Source: Candidatus Eiseniibacteriota bacterium | GTDB lineage: Bacteria; Eisenbacteria; RBG-16-71-46; JABDJR01 | NCBI GenBank assembly: GCA_963762255.1 | Contig: CAVXKA010000002.1 | Coordinates: 992,001 to 1,056,000, forward strand | Length of the DNA: 64,000 nucleotides | Reading direction: 5' to 3' | In this document: piece after piece, positions 30,800 through 39,894 of the stretch | Layout: every line of letters starts with the position of its first letter | How positions within the stretch are numbered: position 1 is the stretch's first letter | Position numbers and translations under genes: made by a program | The notes under the pieces: generated by a model | What the model was told of the DNA's origin: nothing | The model's database searches: none | Seen by the model: the letters and a program-made list of their open reading frames with translations, nothing else

Positions 30800-31627
30800 A
30801 TGGAAGCGTTGGCGCTCCCCTTCTTCCGCGTCGCGGTGATCGCGACCCTGGTGCTGGCGGGAATCCACGCCTACCTGGGCTATCACGTGGTGCGGCGGGG
30901 GGTCATCTTTGTGGATTTGGCGCTCGCGCAAATGGCGGCGCTCGGCGTGGCCTTGGCGGTGCTCATCGGGGTACACGAGAGCGCCGTCTGGTCCTACCTT
31001 CTCCCGCTGGGGATGACGATTGTGGGCGCGGCCTGCTTCGCCTGGCTGCGTAGCCAGGAGCGGAAGGTACCTCTGGAAGCGTTCATCGGGATCGTCTTCG
31101 CCACCGCGCAGGCGCTTGTGTTCCTGGCGCTGGAGAAGAGCCCCTCCGGGCCGGAGCACGTGAAGGAGACCCTGGTGGGAGCGATCTACACGGTCGCTCC
31201 CAACCATATCCTCAAGACCGCGATCCTCTACGCCGCGGTCGGGGTCGTGCACTTCCTGCTCCGCCGTCCCTTCTTCGAGATCACCAACAATCCCGAGGGA
31301 GCCCGCCGGCGGGGCCGGAATCTCTTCCTCTGGGATTTCCTGTTCTACGCGTTATTCGGCCTAGTGGTCACGTCGTCGGTGAAGATCGCGGGCGTGCTTC
31401 TTGTGTTCGGGCTCCTGGTCATACCCTCGGTGGCCGGCGTACTTGCGACCCGCACTCCGGGGAGGGCTCTCGCGGTCGGCTGGATCTTCGCGTTCCTCGC
31501 CAGCTTCGCGGGCTTGGTCGGCGCCGTGCACTTCGATCTTCCCGCCGCGCCGAGCATTCTGGTCTCGTTGAGTGCGTGCCTCGTTGTGGTGGGCGTGGGA
31601 AGCGGCGCGCTTCGCCGGGAGGAGTAG
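30800..31627 (+). CDS. Metal ABC permease (ZnuB/ABC-3 family)
   Basis: G.HVVRRG..F..LALAQ, GVLLV..LL.IP; multi-TM. Confidence 0.88.
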   Translation: MEALALPFFRVAVIATLVLAGIHAYLGYHVVRRGVIFVDLALAQMAALGVALAVLIGVHESAVWSYLLPLGMTIVGAACFAWLRSQERKVPLEAFIGIVFATAQALVFLALEKSPSGPEHVKETLVGAIYTVAPNHILKTAILYAAVGVVHFLLRRPFFEITNNPEGARRRGRNLFLWDFLFYALFGLVVTSSVKIAGVLLVFGLLVIPSVAGVLATRTPGRALAVGWIFAFLASFAGLVGAVHFDLPAAPSILVSLSACLVVVGVGSGALRREE

Positions 31628-31653
31628 CAGCATCGCGTCGCCGAACACCCGAG

Positions 31654-31720
31654 AAAAGACCGGGGCCCCCCGATGAACGGGAGGCCCCGAATTCTTCCCG
31701 CCTCCCGAAGAGGAGGCGGG
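31654..31720. terminator. Two hairpins between convergent genes, probable bidirectional terminator
   Basis: CGGGGC..CCCG/CGGG..GCCCCG preceded by AAAA, and CCCGCCTCC/GGAGGCGGG. Confidence 0.6.
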
Positions 31721-31738
31721 GGGTGATTCAAGCTTCGG

Positions 31739-32614
31739 CTAGTTCCCGTCCACCGTCGGGCCGAAGTGGGTCTTCACCCTGCCCCAGGTGGTGGGCTCGA
31801 CCGGAACGGAGCTCCAGTCGCACGCCTCCGCCGACACGTTGATCACGGCGGGCTCGGTCCCGCACTGGAGGTTCAGGGCCGGATTGCAGGAGCTCCCCGT
31901 GACTACTGAGGGGTCCGCAGAGATGCAGATCCAGCCGTCAAAGAAGCCCGGTGGAATGGGGTTGGGCGCGGGCAGCCCGGGCGCGAAGTTGCCGTCGTCG
32001 CTCACCAGGGTGGCGCTCCACCCCGGGCAGAGACCATTGATGTTCCAGAAGATGCCGGCCGGATCCTGGCAGTCCATGATGACGTGGACGTAGGAGTTCC
32101 CCGCCCCGGGGCAGATCAGGAGCTGGCCGAAGTGATAGTTGACGCTACCGGTCCCCGGAGGGGTCCAGAAGATGTCCACGTTTCCGTTCCAGAAGGTGGG
32201 CGCCGGGCACACATCTGCCAGACCGGTGATTCCGGGAGCGGTGCCGCCTGCGCCACCACCAGGACCGCCGCCGGGAAGGATCGTCGCGGCGCTGGGCGGG
32301 AGACTGCTCAGAGCGGCATCGAAGAACACGTCGAAGAAGGAATCCGCAGCCAACTCGGGAACGTCGAATGTTCCGATGGGACCCGAATTGGGCACGAATG
32401 CGCCGAACGGCTGAGAGCTCATCATGCCGGATACAGCACTGGAGGGGGCACCTGGATCGGGGTTGTGGAACTGGACATGGAACCGGACGCTCTGTCCGAT
32501 CGTCTCCCAGTCGACTTGACTGACCTCGACATCCGCCGAAGAGAGAGCGGGGAGGCCGAGTAGGGGAAGGGCAAAGAGCGCCGCCACCGTGCTCCACTTA
32601 GCAAAGCGGGACAT
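31739..32614 (-). CDS. Secreted Cys/Pro-rich hypothetical protein with C-terminal VPVEPTTWGRVK motif
   Basis: AAAGGAG RBS, signal peptide, C-terminal TTWG motif. Confidence 0.82.
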   Translation of the reverse strand: MSRFAKWSTVAALFALPLLGLPALSSADVEVSQVDWETIGQSVRFHVQFHNPDPGAPSSAVSGMMSSQPFGAFVPNSGPIGTFDVPELAADSFFDVFFDAALSSLPPSAATILPGGGPGGGAGGTAPGITGLADVCPAPTFWNGNVDIFWTPPGTGSVNYHFGQLLICPGAGNSYVHVIMDCQDPAGIFWNINGLCPGWSATLVSDDGNFAPGLPAPNPIPPGFFDGWICISADPSVVTGSSCNPALNLQCGTEPAVINVSAEACDWSSVPVEPTTWGRVKTHFGPTVDGN

Positions 32615-32882
32615 GAGTGACTCCTTTGGTTAATTGGGGATCATAATCTCCGTCGAAACGGACCGCGGCGCAGAGGGTCGGGGCCATGAAGATCGGGACC
32701 GCGAACTGCGAGTCAGACCCTACCCAGCGCCGCGGGTGGGATACATGACTGAAACAGTATTCTTTCTGGCTAGCCCGTGTCTACGCCAAATCTCACTTTT
32801 TTTGACATCAAAGCGAAGTGCGCCGTCTCGCCCGTCGAGCCTCTAACTCATTACAGTTTAATGATTTAACGCCAGACCGGGG

Positions 32883-33326
32883 TCAGCGGGTCAACACGAG
32901 GTTCAGCTTGGCCGGCTCATCGATGTCGTCGTTATCGTAGTCGAACTCGACGTCGGCCCCGCTCATCCTCAGTTCGTCGGTCGAGTACTCCACATCGAAC
33001 TGCCATGAGAAGAGCATGCCTGTCGGTGTGACCGTCATCATGTCCGTGCTGAGCTGCCACGTGCCGGTCGTCACGTTGGCGACGCCGCCGGCAGGCGTGA
33101 TCGTGTATACCAAGGAGTTGTCCGTGTTGAGAACGAGTGACGCGGACCCCCCGAGGGCGATCAGATCCACCATCGGTACCCCTGCCGGGGTCGTGTACTC
33201 GACCTTTGTCGCCTGCCACGTGCCTGTGATCTCGGCCTTGCTGGGACCGGAGGGATCGTCGCCGCCGCAACCCATCCCCACGACCAAGAGCAGAACCATG
33301 CAGCCCGCGAGCCATCTCAATCGCAT
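32883..33326 (-). CDS. Lipoprotein, lipocalin-like fold
   Basis: Lipobox GMGC, I.GTW and GTW motifs; GGAGGT RBS. Confidence 0.75.
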   Translation of the reverse strand: MRLRWLAGCMVLLLVVGMGCGGDDPSGPSKAEITGTWQATKVEYTTPAGVPMVDLIALGGSASLVLNTDNSLVYTITPAGGVANVTTGTWQLSTDMMTVTPTGMLFSWQFDVEYSTDELRMSGADVEFDYDNDDIDEPAKLNLVLTR

Positions 33327-33522
33327 GTGCACCTCCCGGACGCGTGCGCCCGTCGGGAGTATGAGGAGATTCGGGCACGGGGACAAGGTCGGGGCCGCAC
33401 GCAGTCAAGGACCTTGACCCTTGCGTCACGTTCGATTAGTATTCAAGAACTTACTGCTGGAGCGCATCCCCCCCGCGCAGCATGAGAATCTTCCAGATTC
33501 ACCCTTCACTGTGAGGTGTCGA

Positions 33523-34236
33523 ATGAAGCGATTGCTATGCATCCCGACTCTGTCCGCGCTGCTTCTCCTGCCCGTCCTTGCCACGGCCGCACCCGTAGAC
33601 GGTGTCTACAGGTCGAACGACTTTCCCCCTCCCTTTACCGGCACTCTCCTGACCGGCCGCGCCTCGACATGGCGTCCCACCATCAACTCCGGCCTTCCCC
33701 ACGTGCTCCACGCGCAGTCGTGGGATGGAACGACCCTTGGGACCCAGTGGGAGATCAACTGCGCGGTCGAGAACAGCGGGTACTCGGTCCAGGACAACAC
33801 TCTGAACGGCACGGGGACGATCATTTATACCTCCACGTTCCAGGGGGGGACGTTTACGTTCTTCGCCGGCGGCTGGCCCTGGGGTGACGGGACAGGGACG
33901 CTGGGCACGACGAACCTCACCACGACGGTCACGTTCATGGGGGGCTACCCGATGGGCTCGGTGGTGAACGGCACCACCAGCGGGATTTTCGTGGGCGGCT
34001 GCGAGCTTTCGTTCGCCATTGCCAACGGATCGGGCATCGGCGAGACAACGAGTCTGTTTCCCACTCTCACCAAGCCGGCCGACTACCCGACCTTCCTGGA
34101 CGGCACCTGCGGCCCGGCGTCGCCCACCCAGCAGTACGGCACCTGGGGCACGGTCCTCACCATCACGCTGGGGATCCACTGCCCCGTCCCCACCGAGCAG
34201 ACGACCTGGGGCAAGGTGAAGGCGCTCTACCGCTAG
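33523..34236 (+). CDS. Secreted Thr/Gly-rich hypothetical protein with C-terminal VPTEQTTWGKVKALYR motif
   Basis: GAGGT RBS, signal peptide (ATA-A), C-terminal TTWG motif. Confidence 0.82.
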   Translation: MKRLLCIPTLSALLLLPVLATAAPVDGVYRSNDFPPPFTGTLLTGRASTWRPTINSGLPHVLHAQSWDGTTLGTQWEINCAVENSGYSVQDNTLNGTGTIIYTSTFQGGTFTFFAGGWPWGDGTGTLGTTNLTTTVTFMGGYPMGSVVNGTTSGIFVGGCELSFAIANGSGIGETTSLFPTLTKPADYPTFLDGTCGPASPTQQYGTWGTVLTITLGIHCPVPTEQTTWGKVKALYR

Positions 34237-34265
34237 GCGAAGCGCGAAGTACCTGAGTTTATGAC

Positions 34266-34304
34266 GCGGCCGCCCGAGGCACCTCGGGCGGCCGCTCTCG
34301 TTTT
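34266..34304 (+). terminator. Rho-independent terminator
   Basis: GCGGCCGCCCGAG/CTCGGGCGGCCGC stem followed by TCTCGTTTT. Confidence 0.75.
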
Positions 34305-34418
34305 CCGGGTGGGCGCAGACTCGGGAGGCGCGATATCTGACATTGAGCATGGACTCGCCTTGGGGAGTCGGGGCAGTATGAGGGGCACGGTTTGGCCTGC
34401 AGTGAGGAGGGGAAGCCC

Positions 34419-35489
34419 GTGAACGAGAGATCCATTCGCTTTGTGGCTCGGTGGTTTGCCGTCGTGCTTGCGGTCCTCGTGCTGGCAGGGTGTGCCAGGA
34501 AGACCGATTCCGACAGCGCAAGCAACCAGGGAACGAAGAAGTCGACCGTGAAGGCCGCCATGGTCACCGATGTCGGAGGCCTCGGCGATCGCTCCTTCAA
34601 CGATCTCTCCTACGCCGGCCTGCAACGGGCGCAGACCGAGTTTGGAGTCGAGATCAAGGTGCTCGAGTCACGCGAGATCGCGGACTACGCCTCCAACATC
34701 GATCAGCTTGCCCACGCGGGATACAGCCCGATCTTTACCGTCGGCTTCCTGATGCAGGACGCGCTCGCGCGGGAGGCGCCCAACTACGCGGAAACCAAGT
34801 TCGGGGCTATCGACGAGTTCTTCGAGAGTCCGGCGCCGAACGTGGCGGGAATCCTCTTCAAGGAGCAGGAGGCCGGGTATCTGGCCGGCGTGGTAGCCGG
34901 CCTCGCCACGCGCTCGGGCTTCGACCCCCGGCTCAACCCCGACAACATCGTGGGGTTCGTGGGCGGCATGGACATTCCCCCCGTCGAGCGCTACGAGGTG
35001 GGCTTCGTGGCCGGCGTGAAGTCGATCGATCCGCAAGCCCGCGTTCTCATCCTCTACGCCGGGAAGTTCGACGATCAGGCCAAGGGCAAGGAGATCGGCC
35101 TCTCCCTCATCGACCAGAAGGCCGACGTCATCTTCGCCGCCGCCGGCCAGTCGGGCCTCGGCACCATAAAGGCCTGCCAGGAACGGGGCGCCCTGTTCAT
35201 CGGCGTGGACGCCGATCAATTCGAGACCGTCCCCGGCTCCGGTGACGTCATGCTCACGTCCGCGGTGAAGCGCCTGGACGTGGCCGTCTACAACACCGTG
35301 AAGGCTGTCGTGGAGGGCACCTGGACCGGCGGGCACAGCCGGTTCTACGGCATCGAAGACGACGCCGTCGGCCTCGCTCCGTATCACGACTTCGAATCGA
35401 AAGTTCCGGCGGAGATCAAGGACGCGGTCGCGAAGGCTTCGCAGGACATCGTGAACCGGGCGGTGGTCGTCCCCGACGCGCGGCCGTAA
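34419..35489 (+). CDS. BMP-family (nucleoside/purine) ABC substrate-binding lipoprotein
   Basis: Lipobox LAGC, GG.GD.SFN, GFVGG, ADVIF.AAG, IGVD.DQ. Confidence 0.93.
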   Translation: MNERSIRFVARWFAVVLAVLVLAGCARKTDSDSASNQGTKKSTVKAAMVTDVGGLGDRSFNDLSYAGLQRAQTEFGVEIKVLESREIADYASNIDQLAHAGYSPIFTVGFLMQDALAREAPNYAETKFGAIDEFFESPAPNVAGILFKEQEAGYLAGVVAGLATRSGFDPRLNPDNIVGFVGGMDIPPVERYEVGFVAGVKSIDPQARVLILYAGKFDDQAKGKEIGLSLIDQKADVIFAAAGQSGLGTIKACQERGALFIGVDADQFETVPGSGDVMLTSAVKRLDVAVYNTVKAVVEGTWTGGHSRFYGIEDDAVGLAPYHDFESKVPAEIKDAVAKASQDIVNRAVVVPDARP

Positions 35490-35516
35490 CGCCGGAGGGG
35501 GCAAGCAGGAGAGACG

Positions 35517-37061
35517 ATGCCCATCCTGGAGCTTCGCGACATCACCAAGATCTTCCCGGGCGTCGTCGCGAACGACCGGGTGTCGCTGAGCTTGGATCGG
35601 GGCGAGATCGTGGCTCTTCTCGGAGAGAACGGCGCCGGGAAGAGCACGCTCATGAACATCGCCTACGGGCTTCTCGCGCCGGACGGCGGGGAGATGCTCG
35701 TCGACGACCGACCGGTTCGGATTCGTTCGCCTCGGCAGGCCATCGCACTCGGAATCGGGATGGTGCACCAGCACTTCATGCTGGTGGAGACGCTCACCGT
35801 CACCGAGAACATCGTGCTCGGCCGCGAGCCCGCCAGGGCCGGCGTGATCGACTTCGGCGCCGCGCGCGCCCGCGTGCGGGAACTCTCCGAGCGCTACGGT
35901 CTCGAAGTCGATCCCGACGCCCGCATCCGCGATCTCTCCGTCGGTCTGCAACAGCGCGTGGAGATCCTGAAGGCGCTCTACCAGGGCGCGCGCATCCTCA
36001 TCCTCGACGAGCCGACCGCCGTGCTCACTCCCGGCGAGGTGAGCGAACTCTTCAGGGTCATCCGATCGCTCGTCGCGAACGGGCTGGCCGCCCTGTTCAT
36101 CACGCACAAGCTTGACGAGGTTCTCACCGCGGCCGACCGCGTGGTGGTGATGCGCGACGGCAAGGTGGTCGGAGAGACGCGGCCGGCGGATACCGATGAA
36201 GTGGGACTCGCCAGGATGATGGTGGGACGGGAAGTGGTTCTGCGCGTGGAGAAAACCCCGAGCCGTCCCGGCGCGCCCGTGCTTCACGTGCAGGATCTGC
36301 GCGTGCGCGACGATCGCGGTCTCGATGCGGTGCGCGGCGTGTCGTTCGCCGTGCGAGGGGGCGAGATCGTCGCGTTGGCAGGGGTCGACGGTAACGGACA
36401 GCGCGAGCTGGTCGAGGCGATCGTGGGGTTGCGCCGCGCGACGTCGGGGGCGATCTCGCTCCTGGGGCGAGACACCACGCGGGGCAGCGCGCGGGACGCC
36501 ATCGCCGCCGGGGTGTCCCATGTTCCCGAGGACCGGCATCGCCGCGGCCTCGTTCTCGAGTTCGACATCGCCGAGAACCTGATCCTGGGCGATCACCGCC
36601 GCGCTCCCTACGCGATCCATGGAATCCTCCACCCGTCCGCGATCACGGAGACCGCGCTGCGACGCATCCGTGACTACGACGTGCGCACACCTTCTGAGAA
36701 GACACCCGCGGCGAGCCTATCCGGCGGTAATCAGCAGAAGGTCGTGCTCGCGCGCGAGCTGGGACGCGAGCCGAAGCTCCTTGTGGCGGCGCAGCCCACG
36801 CGGGGGCTCGACGTGGGCGCGATCGAGTTCGTGCACCGGCGCATCCTCGCCGCGCGCGACGCGGGAAAAGCCGTCCTCTTGGTGAGCCTCGAGTTGGAGG
36901 AAGTGCTGGCACTGGCCGATCGCATCCTGGTCGTCTACGGAGGGAGGATCGTGAAGGAACTTCCCGCCGCCGAGGCGACCAAGGAGCTGCTCGGCCTGCA
37001 CATGACCGGCGGCGGATCGGCGCCGGCGGGCGTGGCAGTCGCGCCGGAGCCGCGCGGATGA
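35517..37061 (+). CDS. Nucleoside/sugar ABC ATP-binding protein (two ATPase domains)
   Basis: GENGAGKST, LDEPT, LSGGNQQK, QPTRGLD. Confidence 0.95.
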   Translation: MPILELRDITKIFPGVVANDRVSLSLDRGEIVALLGENGAGKSTLMNIAYGLLAPDGGEMLVDDRPVRIRSPRQAIALGIGMVHQHFMLVETLTVTENIVLGREPARAGVIDFGAARARVRELSERYGLEVDPDARIRDLSVGLQQRVEILKALYQGARILILDEPTAVLTPGEVSELFRVIRSLVANGLAALFITHKLDEVLTAADRVVVMRDGKVVGETRPADTDEVGLARMMVGREVVLRVEKTPSRPGAPVLHVQDLRVRDDRGLDAVRGVSFAVRGGEIVALAGVDGNGQRELVEAIVGLRRATSGAISLLGRDTTRGSARDAIAAGVSHVPEDRHRRGLVLEFDIAENLILGDHRRAPYAIHGILHPSAITETALRRIRDYDVRTPSEKTPAASLSGGNQQKVVLARELGREPKLLVAAQPTRGLDVGAIEFVHRRILAARDAGKAVLLVSLELEEVLALADRILVVYGGRIVKELPAAEATKELLGLHMTGGGSAPAGVAVAPEPRG

Positions 37062-38158
37062 GCGCGGGCAGCCCCACCCGCGCGGGCGCAGGGCGCTGGT
37101 CGGCCTTCCTCCGAGGGGCGGGGGTTCCGCTCGCGTCCGTCGTGTTGGCGGTGCTCATCGGCTCGATCTTCATCCTCGCCTCCGGTCGCGACCCCGCACT
37201 CGCTTTCGCCGCGCTCTTCCATGGCGCGTTCGGCGGCGCGCGTCAGATCGGCGAGACGCTCATGCGGGCCACCCCGCTCATCCTCACCGGGCTCGCGGTG
37301 GCCTATGGATTCCGAGCCGGGCTGTTCAACATCGGCGCCGAGGGCCAGCTCTTCCTGGGCGGCCTCGCTGCCGCGTGGCTCGGCATCGTGTTGGCCGGGC
37401 TTCCCTGGTGGGTCATCGTGCCGGCCCTGCTCGTCGCGGCGGCGCTTGCCGGCGCGGCATGGGCATTCGTGCCCGCGCTGCTCAAAGCACGGGTGGGCGC
37501 GCACGAAGTCATCACCACGATGATGTTCTCGTATATCGGGCGCTATCTGGTCTCGTGGCTCGTCACCGGCCCGCTGAAGGGACCGGGGCAGATCCCACAG
37601 ACCGCGGCGCTTCCTCCCGAATCCACGCTGCCACGGCTCTCCGACGTCTTCACGATGCTCCCCGCGAGCCGCGCACATGTCGGGATCATCGTCGCCCTGG
37701 TTGCCGCGGTGGCGGTGTGGCTTCTGCTCAAGTACACGATCCTCGGTTTCGAAGCGCGCTCGGTGGGCTTCAATCCGTCCGCGTCGGAGAACTCGGGTAT
37801 CTCGGTGCGCGCCACCACGGTGAAGTCGCTCTGCATCTCCGGCGCCTTGGCCGGGCTTGCCGGCGCGGTCGAGGTGATGGGCGTGCACGGGCGGCTCTTC
37901 GATCAGTTCTCCTCCGGGTTCGGCTTCACCGGGATCGCGGTCGCGCTCCTGGCCAAGAACAACCCGCTCGCGGTGATCGCAACCGCGATCCTGTTCGGGG
38001 CGCTCTCGGCGGGGGCCGGCACCATGCAGCTCGAGGCGGACGTTCCCCAGAAGCTGATCTACATCATCCAGGCCCTGGTCATCTTCTTCGTGGCGGCGGA
38101 ATCGATCGTGCGCTGGGCGGTGCGACGGCGGCAGAAGGCGAGGCTGGCCGGTGGTTGA
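37058..38158 (+). CDS. Nucleoside ABC permease 1
   Basis: GLFNIGAEGQ, G.GF.GIAVALL. Confidence 0.93.
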   Translation: MSAGSPTRAGAGRWSAFLRGAGVPLASVVLAVLIGSIFILASGRDPALAFAALFHGAFGGARQIGETLMRATPLILTGLAVAYGFRAGLFNIGAEGQLFLGGLAAAWLGIVLAGLPWWVIVPALLVAAALAGAAWAFVPALLKARVGAHEVITTMMFSYIGRYLVSWLVTGPLKGPGQIPQTAALPPESTLPRLSDVFTMLPASRAHVGIIVALVAAVAVWLLLKYTILGFEARSVGFNPSASENSGISVRATTVKSLCISGALAGLAGAVEVMGVHGRLFDQFSSGFGFTGIAVALLAKNNPLAVIATAILFGALSAGAGTMQLEADVPQKLIYIIQALVIFFVAAESIVRWAVRRRQKARLAGG

Positions 38159-38192
38159 CTTGCTGACGGCAGATCCGGTGAAGGCATGACCC

Positions 38193-39146
38193 GTGGTTGA
38201 CCAAATCCTCACTCCAGATCTTCTCGCCTCGGCCATTCGCATGGCTACGCCGCTCGCGTTGGCGGCGATCGGGGGAACGATCTGCGAGCGCGCGGGTGTG
38301 GTCAACATCGCGCTCGAAGGGATGATGCTCGTGGGTGCATTCGCCGGAGTGGCGGTGGCGCTGGTCACCGGCGACACCTGGGTGGGCGTGCTGGCGGCAA
38401 TGGCCGCGGGCATGCTCTTCGCCGGACTTCACGCGTTCGCCTCGATCACGCTCCGCGCGGATCAGGTGGTGTCCGGCACCGCGATCAACATCCTCGCTCT
38501 CGGTCTCACCGGATTCCTGATGGAGGTCGTCTACGGGCATCCCGGTACCACCGACGCCGCCGCGACGCTCGCTCCCCTCTTCCACACTCAAGGACCGACG
38601 CAGGGCTTCTTCGGGGGACTCTGGCGCTGGGTGAGCGGCATCTTCTTGAGCCACACGCCGCTCGTCTACGTCACCGTCGCAATCGCTGTCGCCGCGCACT
38701 GGGCGATGTTTCGCACGACGTGGGGATTGCGGTTGCGAGCGCTCGGCGAGCACCCGCGCGCCGCCGACACGGTCGGCGTGAGCGTGACGCGAGGGCGCTA
38801 CGTGGCGGTGTTGATGAGCGGAGCCCTGGCCGGACTGGCCGGCGCCAATCTCTCTCTCGAACAGGTCGGAAGCTTCACCGAGGGAATGACCAGCGGCCGC
38901 GGGTTCATCGCGCTCGCCGCCAACATTTTCGGCCGGTGGACGCCGGTCGGCTCGTACCTCGCCTCCCTCCTCTTCGGGTTCGCCGACGCATTGCAGATCA
39001 AGATGCAGATCCTGCGCGACATCGTGAACGTTCCCCCTCAACTCTTCTGGATGCTCCCCTACATCCTGACCGTGGTCGTGCTGGCGGGGGTGATGGGACG
39101 CGCAATCGCGCCGGCGGCGATCGGGAAGCCGTACGAGAAGGAGTGA
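38193..39146 (+). CDS. Nucleoside ABC permease 2
   Basis: ERAGVVNIALEG, GRGFIALAA.IFGRW, LPY.LT. Confidence 0.93.
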   Translation: MVDQILTPDLLASAIRMATPLALAAIGGTICERAGVVNIALEGMMLVGAFAGVAVALVTGDTWVGVLAAMAAGMLFAGLHAFASITLRADQVVSGTAINILALGLTGFLMEVVYGHPGTTDAAATLAPLFHTQGPTQGFFGGLWRWVSGIFLSHTPLVYVTVAIAVAAHWAMFRTTWGLRLRALGEHPRAADTVGVSVTRGRYVAVLMSGALAGLAGANLSLEQVGSFTEGMTSGRGFIALAANIFGRWTPVGSYLASLLFGFADALQIKMQILRDIVNVPPQLFWMLPYILTVVVLAGVMGRAIAPAAIGKPYEKE

Positions 39147-39186
39147 GGTCGCTGCGGGTCGCACCGGGGCGTCGGTGCGTGGACAG

Positions 39187-39894
39187 CTACTCGTCGACCA
39201 ATCGGTAGCCCACGCCCGGCTCCGTTCGCAGATAGCGCGGCCGGGCCGGAGTCTCTTCGAGCTTCTTGCGCAGTTGCTGCATGTAGACCCGGATGTAGTG
39301 CGCCTGCTCGTGAAACGACTCGCCCCACACGTCGCGCAGGAGCTGGCGATGGGTGACGACCTTGCCCGCGTGGTGCACCAGAACTGCGAGAAGGTTGAAC
39401 TCCGTGGGGGTGAGATGCACTTCCTCGCCGCGTAGCGAGACCTCGCGGCGGCTCAAGTCAACGCGCAAGTTCCCGACCTCGTAGACGGGATCCTCGTCCC
39501 CGTGCGCCGCCCGCGCCGCATGCCGCAGCGCGACGCGCATGCGGGCGGTCAGCTCGCCCACTCCGAATGGTTTGGTCACGTAGTCGTCGGCGCCGGCGTC
39601 GAGAGCGGCGATCTTGTCGGCCTCCTGGCCGCGGGCGGAGAGCACGAGGATCGGCGTCGAGGACCACTCCCGGATGCGGCGCGCGACCGTGAGGCCGTCG
39701 ATGTCCGGCAACCCGAGATCGAGGATGATCAAGTCCGGCTGTTGCGAGGCGGCCAGGCTGAGCCCCTCGGCGCCGTTCACCGCCTCGTGGAGACGGTACC
39801 CCTGACTGGACAGCGTAGCCCGCAGGAACCGACGGATCTGGTGATCGTCCTCGATGATCAGAACCGTGTGCTTGGTGGGAGTTGCGTCGTTCAT
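39187..39894 (-). CDS. kdpE: Response regulator KdpE
   Basis: Receiver domain (LDLGLPD) plus OmpR wHTH (TEPGVGYR); ATGA overlap with kdpD. Confidence 0.95.
   Translation of the reverse strand: MNDATPTKHTVLIIEDDHQIRRFLRATLSSQGYRLHEAVNGAEGLSLAASQQPDLIILDLGLPDIDGLTVARRIREWSSTPILVLSARGQEADKIAALDAGADDYVTKPFGVGELTARMRVALRHAARAAHGDEDPVYEVGNLRVDLSRREVSLRGEEVHLTPTEFNLLAVLVHHAGKVVTHRQLLRDVWGESFHEQAHYIRVYMQQLRKKLEETPARPRYLRTEPGVGYRLVDE

Noticed and set aside
34240-34418. Purine riboswitch ahead of the BMP ABC operon (and TPP/cobalamin riboswitches at thiD and the btuF-like gene)
   Set aside because: I could not recognise the conserved aptamer cores. The only clear structure is a terminator hairpin. 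An Infernal/Rfam scan would be decisive.
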